Program-made: the position numbers and the translations under genes | The notes under the pieces: generated by a model | Seen by the model: only the letters and a program-made list of their open reading frames with translations | Database searches by the model: none | What the model was told of the DNA's origin: nothing | Part shown: positions 55,941 to 64,000 of the stretch, in pieces | Layout: each line of letters opens with the position of its first letter | Numbering within the stretch: the first letter of the stretch is position 1 | Origin: the human T2T-CHM13v2.0 reference genome, Homo sapiens | DNA length: 64,000 nucleotides | Reading direction: 5' to 3' (one strand) | NCBI RefSeq assembly: GCF_009914755.1 | Contig: NC_060944.1

Positions 55941-56510
55941 TGTATTAGTCAGGATTCCCCAAGGAAATAGAACCAATAGTATATTGATATTGGTATAGGT
56001 GTAGGTATAAATATAGGTATTGATATAGATAAATATAGGTATAGGTATAAGTATAGATATAAATGGATTTATTTGTCTTGAGAATTGCTTCACACAATTA
56101 TAGAAGATGAGAAGTCTCACCATCTGCTATCTGCAAGCTGGAGAACCAGGAAAGCTGGTGGTGTAATTCAGTGCAAGTTCAAGGCTTGAGAACCAGAGGA
56201 GCTGATGGTGTAAGTCCCAGAGTCCACAGGCCCAAGAACCAGGAGCTCTGATGTCTGAGGGCAGGAGAAGTCGGATGTCCCAACTCAGGAAGAGAAAAAT
56301 CAGCCCTTTCTTTACCTTTTTGTTATATTCAGGCCCGCAATGTATTGGACGATGCCGGCCCACACTGGGGAGGTTGATTTTTGTTTACTAAGTCTACAGA
56401 TTCAAATGTTAATCTCTTCTGGGAACACCTTCATAGCCATTCTCAGAAATGTTTTACCAGCTATATGGGTATCCCTTAGCCCAGTCAAGTTGACACATAA
56501 ATTAACCTTT
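55941..56510 (-). mobile_element. MLT2A/B solo LTR
   Basis: tgtattagtcagg...gcaagctggagaaccaggaaagctgg...cccagtcaagttgacacataa. Confidence 0.88.
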
Positions 56511-56819
56511 GCAATCCAGTCTCAGCCTCATTTTAGGCATCTTTGCACCCAAATCACAATGTCCCAGCTCCACTGTCTTCTTTCTTGATTACGGGATTCC
56601 TGTTTCTATCAAAGGAGCCCTCTACTTGCTTGGCCTCTGACTTGGATCACTCTTCCTCTGCATTTTTCAATGATCCATTGATGTCTGCATTCATGTCTAA
56701 GCTCATTCCACCTCCTTGGATTGCTGTCATATGATTCTGGTGTATTTTCTTCATAGCTCTTATCACTGTTAAAACTATTTTATTTATATAGTTTTTCATT
56801 TTTTGCTTCCACACTAACA

Positions 56820-57340
56820 TATATATGATATATAGAGAGAAATTATTTACATATCACTTCTCCTTATATATCATATATAGATATATATCTTATAAATATC
56901 TATGTATTGATATATTATATATAGAAATTATGTATGTATTATTTATCTTTATATGGAAATAACATATAACATAATTATATATAATTATATATTTTTATAT
57001 ATAATATTATATATAATTTTATATTATATATATGTTATAATTTATATATGTTATGTTATATATAATTTTTATATATAATTATATATAATATATAATTTTT
57101 GTATATAATTATATATAATATATAATTTTTATATATAATTATATATAATATATAATTTTTATATATAATTATATATAATCATATTATATATAATTATATA
57201 TTTATATAAATATATTTTATATAAAAATATGAAATTATATAGATTAAAATAAAACAGGACAGAATTGCTAGTGTGGAAACAAACACACTATATATATACA
57301 TTTAAAGAAGTGTATATGTGTATATATACACATACATATG
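56820..57340. repeat. AT-rich low-complexity tract with a 30-bp unit x4 (57061-57180)
   Basis: tataatttttatatataattatatataata repeated. Confidence 0.92.
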
Positions 57341-58246
57341 GAAATCAGTTGGGGGATAGTTGCAAGTCTGGGTGAGAAATTACTAAGATAGGGTAGGGAC
57401 AGAAAAAATATTTATACATGGAAGACATTTGCAGGTAGGATTTTTCTTGGTGATTCTTTGGATGCACGTGGTGGGAGAAAGGGAGAAAATGTGTTTTTTT
57501 GCCTTTCTCCCCAGCTTTCTGGTTTTTAGGAAACAGATGGGCAGGTGGTATTATTCACGGAGGGAAGCAGGCTCCCAAAAGGAAGGTTAGTTCAGTTTTG
57601 GATATGTTGACTAAAGATACCTTAAGATACTTGAAAGTCAACATTTATAGACATGTCAAAGTGGAAAGTAATCAAGGAATGTAGTGATGATGGCCGGCTC
57701 AGTGAGGTGTCAACAGAAACGGTGAACACAGACACAGGTTTGCCTTCTTTCCCAAATGCTTTCAAAGAACCCTCTGTTGACACCTCATCCCCCACAAGGC
57801 TTAGCTGCAATCCTAGACATTGAAAATGTAGAGAAAATTTCCAACCTTGAGCATGAAGGAAGGGGGCAATTTTGAAAAGAACCCTATTTAATGTTCAAGC
57901 TTGCAGCAAGTTACCATATTTAAAGGGAGAAAATATGACTTCCCAAATTATGAAAAACATCTTGAGTGTCATTTAAAAACTGTAATACATTCTCTACCCC
58001 CAACAACATTTTAGAACTGCAGAAATTAGTATAAATGTTGCTCTATTTTATAGGGAGGTGAGAAGATAGGGCAATATCAAGACTTTATTAAATTCTGGAC
58101 AAATTGGGGAGGATGTTTTCCGCTATTTGAAAGAAGTCACTGATCTTTTTTTCCCCCTTTTCTTTTGCTTTTTTTATTTGGGAATGTTAAGGGAGAAGGG
58201 AAGCTGCAGAAATACCTTAAAACAGCTCTGTAGGGCCTTTGGCAGG

Positions 58247-58248
<2 letters not shown>

Positions 58249-58282
<34 letters not shown>
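58249..58282. repeat. (GT)n microsatellite
   Basis: Read directly. Confidence 0.95.
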
Positions 58283-58284
<2 letters not shown>

Positions 58285-59045
58285 ACGTGTTACATGGAGA
58301 AATTAAGGAAAAGGGTGACTTTTATTGCTGAAATTAATTTTATTGCTATACTAACTAGCCCTCTTCCTCCTCACTCCCTGGTATCACACAGAGATAAAAA
58401 GGCAAGAAGAAATGCCTTTTCAGATTCCGTAGCTTCCTGTAGTAGTTGCAGATTCTGGCAGCCCGGTGTTAGGTTTATAAATGTATCCCAGAAAACTGCA
58501 AAACCACAAACAGATACATAAAGAATGAGGAATCTCATTAAGAAATGAGCATTTATATTTTTACTGGGTTTTACTTTTAACATAAAACATCTTGAAAAAA
58601 GTTTTATGATTTAGCATTTATGAATGACTAGATTTTAAGAGAATTGTAATATTTTTTTAGGGTATTTCAGCTCCATGAGTTATTTCTTATAGATTCAGAT
58701 AATGACATTATAAATCTTTCTGTGGAGGCAATTACTAAGGCAGAAATGGCCTATTCCCCATTGGCTTTTAGGTTCAGCTTACTGACATATTACAAGCAGG
58801 CTTACCGTGGTCATTAAAAACTGATCTGGGATTTATTGTACCTCTTTAAACTCTCAGTACTCTGAAAAGTATTGAACAGAAAGGAATACAAAGTGAAGTT
58901 ACAAAGAGGGCCAGCAAGGCAATCAGGAGAGAAGTAGATTTAATTTATCCATTAAGACCACCACAAGTATGGTGAAAATATCTGAAATTGGAGCATGAGG
59001 TTTTTCATAGAGGCAAAGACATGCTTGCTAAGTGTGGCTTTCCAC

Positions 59046-59398
59046 CTGAAATAGTTTCAAATGTGGTTTTAGAATTGAGAGTTAAAGGGCCATTGGTGTG
59101 AGATACTGCACAAAAGGCGAGGTGGGTTTTTTAGCCTTTCCTGATAGGTGCACCAGCTGGAGACATGGAGCATTATAGAAGAAGAACAGCAGTCTCTGGC
59201 CAGTACTGCGTCCACCTTCTCCAGCAACACAGGCCACTTAGGGTGCAAATAAACGGGCAAGAGTCTGGACTTATCTTGTTCATTTGGATTTCCTGGTCTC
59301 GGTTTTTCTGCTTCTCCCCAAATGATATTGGAATACCTTTTCTGGGAAAAGATATCCCCAGCAAGGTTCAAGCAGGTGTGTTATAACAGCACAAAGGC
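59046..59398 (-). pseudogene. Relic exon candidate containing a 100-codon open frame
   Basis: ORF 59069..59371 in unique DNA; upstream CTAAC branch-like site and pyrimidine tract ending in CAT rather than CAG; CAG|GTGGAA downstream. Confidence 0.4.
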
Positions 59399-59948
59399 AT
59401 GAAGATAAGAGAAAGAGTTAGAATTGAAGACGAGAGTGAGTTCATCCCAGGCAAAGCAAGGAGAAAAATTTCCTAAAGAAAGTAGAATTTTGCTCTAACC
59501 CTTGACCATAAAAATTAATGCTGTCCTCTAGGGGTGGGCCGAGGCATCCCTTTTTTGTAGAGTTGCTTATTGAACTATGGGGAACTCCCTCCCTTTTTTC
59601 AATGAGAACACAGAGATGACTAGAAAATGCTTTTATCACCTCACACAGGAAACAAGCTGAAGGTTGAGTGTGTGTTTATTTTACCACTTGAGTCTTGCCT
59701 AATGTATATGACAGCCTGGCAACTTGTTCATCACCTTTAAGGCAATGCTTTACTAGAAACAAACAAACCAAACCACCAAAATCATCATATCATTCTGTTT
59801 GTCCAAAGCACTTGGTTTCCCATGGCTGGCTCCTTATCGCACAGGTCTCAACTCAAATGCCACCCACCGCCTTAGTGAGCTCTTCCCAGACCTTCTACTC
59901 AACTCCCCGCTGCAGTCACTTCAACACGTTGACCTTTTAGTTTCTTTA

Positions 59949-60155
59949 CAGAGGTCAACAAACTTTCTCTGTAAAAGGTTAGATAGCAAATGTTTTAGAT
60001 TTTGTGGGCCACATGGTTTCTGTCGCAATTGCTCAACTGTCCACTGTATCGTAAAAGTAGCCACGGACATTATGTAAACAAGCAAGAGTGGCTGTGAACT
60101 AATAAAACTTTTTGCAAATATACAGGCTGTGGGGACATGGTTTGCCAACCCCTGC
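59949..60155. mobile_element. MER58-like
   Basis: cagaggtcaacaaactttctctgtaaa...tttgccaacccctg. Confidence 0.85.
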
Positions 60156-60399
60156 TTTAAGAGAACGATAGTGTAGTGCCCTAAATTTTTGTGTGCATGT
60201 ATTTACTTTCCAGATTTTTATGCATCTTTCTCCATTAGATTTGGAGATGAATGAGGCCAGCAATGTAATTTATTGAGTAACCTACCACTGCAGATTATGG
60301 ATGTCAACTACCACTATATGCTAAATACATAAAGGCATATTTGGTCTTCCATAAACATGGGCTAAACAGATGAACCAAAAAGTCTCCCTGAAATGGTGG

Positions 60400-61830
60400 T
60401 TGTGCTATTGTATTCTACTGTTTCGAATTGCAAAGCAAATCTATAGTTTCTTTGGAAACTTTGGAGAATAATTTTTTAAACAAAGATCTTTGGTTTATTT
60501 GTAAAGCAAAAATGTTGGAGTCAAAGAACCTGGAGTTAATTGGGGGTTTTCCTTACAGTTTGGCTCAAACCCCTAGTTCAGATTTCACTCAGGCTAGATT
60601 GAATCTGATTTAAAACCTTCACTTCACAATATACCCCTGTTTGATAAATATAACGCAAATATTAGGGGCCCTGGAACTGAGTTTTCTATCATCTGAATCT
60701 CTAATCCACAGTGCAATAAAAGGCTGCTCTGCACTATAGAATGTTATGAATCCCAAAGGAGGTAGTCACTTTATATAGCTTCGTTCATTGTCTTCATAAC
60801 CCGTTAGCCAGTCCACGCTTTCAACTGTGGGGCCTGATGGAGCCAATCTGATGGAGTGGGCCTGTTTCCTGACACTTTGAGGTATTAAAATTCTTCCCAG
60901 AGTTTCAGATATTCTTTTATTCCCAATCATGGTGCATTTGGAACTCTTATCGTGTGCTTTCCCAGTTGGGCTTCCAGTATACGTGTGGTGGTGATGGTGG
61001 GTGACGGTGATTTGAAGGGGGTATCATTCCAACAATTAATTTGTAAAATTTTGTTTTTGAAACTTTTTGGCCGAAAGTCTTCATGGAAAGGCAGCTATTT
61101 GCACTAATGGTATTATTTCCATTTGGAAGCGGATTTAGAAACCAATATTTGGCATGTTTTACAGCACAGCAAGTTTACCGGATTCCTAAACTAGCTGCTC
61201 TCAACAGTTAGTGGTGGGCTCCTGGTCTCGCTGGCTTCAGGAATTAGCTTCTATCAAAAATCACAGAAGATTTACTCAGATACCTCCCTTTTCTTGGACT
61301 CAGTTTACCACCAAGACGACTACATTCACTAGAAGAGAAAAGTTCTATAATACAAAGCCCCAGTGATCTGAAATGCTCTGATTTTTCTGTCCACTAAGAC
61401 TCATTTCTAACTGAGGAAGGCTCTTACAGACCTGAGCTCTCCTTGACAGCCCTCCAGGCCAGTGCCATACACATCGATTTGCACTTGAGCAGTAGTAAGA
61501 TTTCTCTATTGTTGGTAAGTATTGAATCCATCTGGGAGTCACTGGCAGGTCATAGAGAATGAAGAATGAAGATAAGTCTTCAGTGGCACTCAGCCTATGC
61601 ATGATTGTGGTGGTTACACGTTAGCTTTTATCTCCCTGTCACCCCTTTGCAGGGTTGGGAGCCTATGCATGACTTGTGGTGGTTATGTGTTAGCTTTTAT
61701 CTCCCTATCACTCCTTCGCAGAGTTGGGGTGGAAGGAGTTGACCTCTGTTTCCTCATACCAGGTATTCTGGTGAGGATTTTAATCAAGATCTTCCATTTT
61801 ATGAACTGCGACTTCAAATGGGCCTCTCTT
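60400..61830 (-). pseudogene. Repeat-free 1.4-kb block, candidate large decayed exon
   Basis: Long minus-strand frames with sparse stops (PLQITVTHHHHHTYTG...SYIK*LPPLGFITFY...; ORF 61345..61602). Confidence 0.35.
61592..61728 (+). repeat. 68/69-bp tandem duplication (about 88% identical)
   Basis: agcctatgcatga...gcagRgttggg twice. Confidence 0.92.
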
Positions 61831-62595
61831 AATAGGACCCATTATCTTTTTTGTCACCTTGTTAGTCTGGCATGAACTACTAACAGTTCATCTTTCTGGG
61901 GTCTTCCCTAGGATTAACAGACACTGAAGAGAAGAAATCTTTCCACTGGAGTTGGTGAGCTTTAACAGTGGATCCCAGAGGGTGGGGTATGTGGGGTCAT
62001 CTCTCCCATCACATTGAAATATACATCCAAGCAAAGGTAAAAGCTGAGCAGGACTGAAAATAGAGGAAATCAGACAGCCTGGATAATATCGACCTTCCAG
62101 ATGCAGTCTTACCTGAAGGTGATCCTACCCCTAGACTTCTCAACTGTATGAGCCAGTCAATGGTCCCCTTTTAAATTGAAGTATTTTATTTGGGTTTTCT
62201 GTCACTTGCAACCAAATGAATCTTGATTAATATGGCTATGTATTTCTGATAATTCTCAACTTTAATCTGTTACATTACACATATAGCTCTATATACCTCT
62301 GTCCTATAACTCTATGGTATAAATTTTCTTTACTGTAAGAAAGACCTTTTAAGTTGCAGTTCAATGAATTCCCTGTAATCTTATTCTTTTGGGGATCCAA
62401 ATAAAATGTAAGTTGTAGATCAATTGCCAACAGCAACCTAGTATCTCTACAAAACTGCTTTATCATTAGAGAGATACACCAGGACCCCTTTCTCTTGAAA
62501 TGCTGATTAGATTTGTTTGCAGTAGACCAAGTACATTCTTGAAACAAAAAATCCCAGGTATGCTTGCTGGAGAACCACAGCTTTACAGGTTCTAT

Positions 62596-63735
62596 TGGGT
62601 CCGGAATTGGTGGGTTCTTGGTCTCACTGACTTCAAAAATGAAGCCGCGGACACTGGCAGTGAGTGTTACAGTTCTTAAAGATGGTGTGCCTAGAGTTTT
62701 TTTTCTTCAGATGTGTCCGGAGTTTTTTCCTTCTGGTGAGTTCGTAGTTCTTGCTGGCTTCAGGAGTGAAGCTGCAGACCTTCGTGGTGAGTGTTACAGT
62801 TCATAAAGGTGGCGCGTCCAGAGTTGTTCATTCCTCTTGTCTGGAGTTCGTCCCTCCCAGTGAGCTCGTGGTCTCACCGGCTCCAAGAGTGAAGCTGCAG
62901 ACCTTCGTGGAGACTGTTACAGTTCATAAAGGTGGCGCAACCAGAGTTCTTGTTTCCTCCTGTCAGGAGTTTGTCTCTCCCCGTGGGCTCGTGGTATCAC
63001 TGGCCACTGGCTTAAGGAGTGAAACTGCAGACCTTCCCAGCAAGTGTTACAGCTCATAAGAGCCACGCGCACTCAGTCCGCAGCAGCAACATTTATTGCA
63101 AAGACCGAAAGAACACTGCTTCCACAGACCGCAAAGAAATCTTAGCGGGTTACAGATGTTAGTTCGGGTGGCCTACTTTTATTCCCTTATGTGGCCCCAC
63201 CCACATCCTGCTGATTGGCCCATTTTACAGAGAGCTGATTTGTCCATTTTACAGAGAGCTGATTGGTCTGTTTTGACAGAGTGCTGATTGGTGCGTTTAC
63301 AAACCTTAAGCTAGACACAGAGTGCTGATTGGTGCGTTTATAATCCTTTAGCTAGACACAAAAGATCTCCAAGTCCACATCCTCAGAAGCCCAGCCGGTT
63401 TCACCTCTCAGTGGCACTCACAGGGGACTTTGTGGCACCTAGCCCAGGCACTCCAGCAGCCTAGAGAGAGTTCATCCCGGCCCGCTGAGCCTGTGCCTAC
63501 CAGGAACCCATGCTGGCCCGCGAGCGCAGCGCACAGCCCGGTCTCCTGCCAGCGCCTCTTCCTCCACACCTCCCCAGGAGCAGAGGGAGCCGGCTCCAGC
63601 CTTGGCCAGCTCCAGGGAGGGGCCCCCACAGCGCAGTGGCAGACTGAAGGGCTCCTTGAGAACGGCCAGAGCAGATGCCAAGGCTGAGGAGGCGCCGAGA
63701 GCAAGCGAGGGCTGCTAGCACGTTGCCATCTCTCA
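62596..63735 (-). mobile_element. LTR12 (ERV9) solo LTR
   Basis: gtccggaattggtgggttcttggtctcactgacttc, gtgaagctgcagaccttc repeats, tandem ctgattgg (CCAAT) boxes; 4-bp TSD ctat/ctat. Confidence 0.93.
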
Positions 63736-63794
63736 CTATGACATTTATTTTATATTTATAGTATTTTTACTGATTCCTCATCTTGGACCTTTCA

Positions 63795-64000
<206 letters not shown>

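Noticed and set aside
62640-63360. Regularly spaced direct repeats that look CRISPR-like
   Set aside because: Normal internal tandem repeats of LTR12 in eukaryotic DNA; no unique spacers and no cas genes.

Overview
Primate genomic DNA, probably human or ape, judged from AluJ/S/Y, L1PA/L1M, MIR, L2, THE1, MLT, MER41-type, LTR12 and MER20/MER5/MER53/MER58/Charlie elements. Much of the window is interspersed repeat, and there is no intact protein-coding gene, RNA gene or CRISPR array. The main unexplained signal lies in the non-repeat islands. From about 62.6 kb down to 0.18 kb, many of them look like decayed exons on the MINUS strand: polypyrimidine-AG acceptors, GT/GC donors, and long frames broken by scattered stops or frameshifts. 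A degenerate peptide motif recurs in them (roughly H-x-[FWL]-x-x-L-x-x-x-G-[LVM]-P). I read this as a candidate large multi-exon unitary pseudogene, possibly apolipophorin/large-lipid-transfer-protein-like (family assignment is inference only), extending beyond both window edges. Other features: a complex inversion-duplication at 12.0-13.8 kb, a dispersed ~200-bp duplication at 33.4/34.5 kb, several tandem duplications, a palindromic MER53 carrying two inverted Alus, non-B-DNA tracts, a perfect RFX X-box, and a solo LTR12 pointing down the relic gene. Repeat subfamily names come from recall of consensus sequences, identities are hand-counted, and boundaries are approximate unless a TSD is given.
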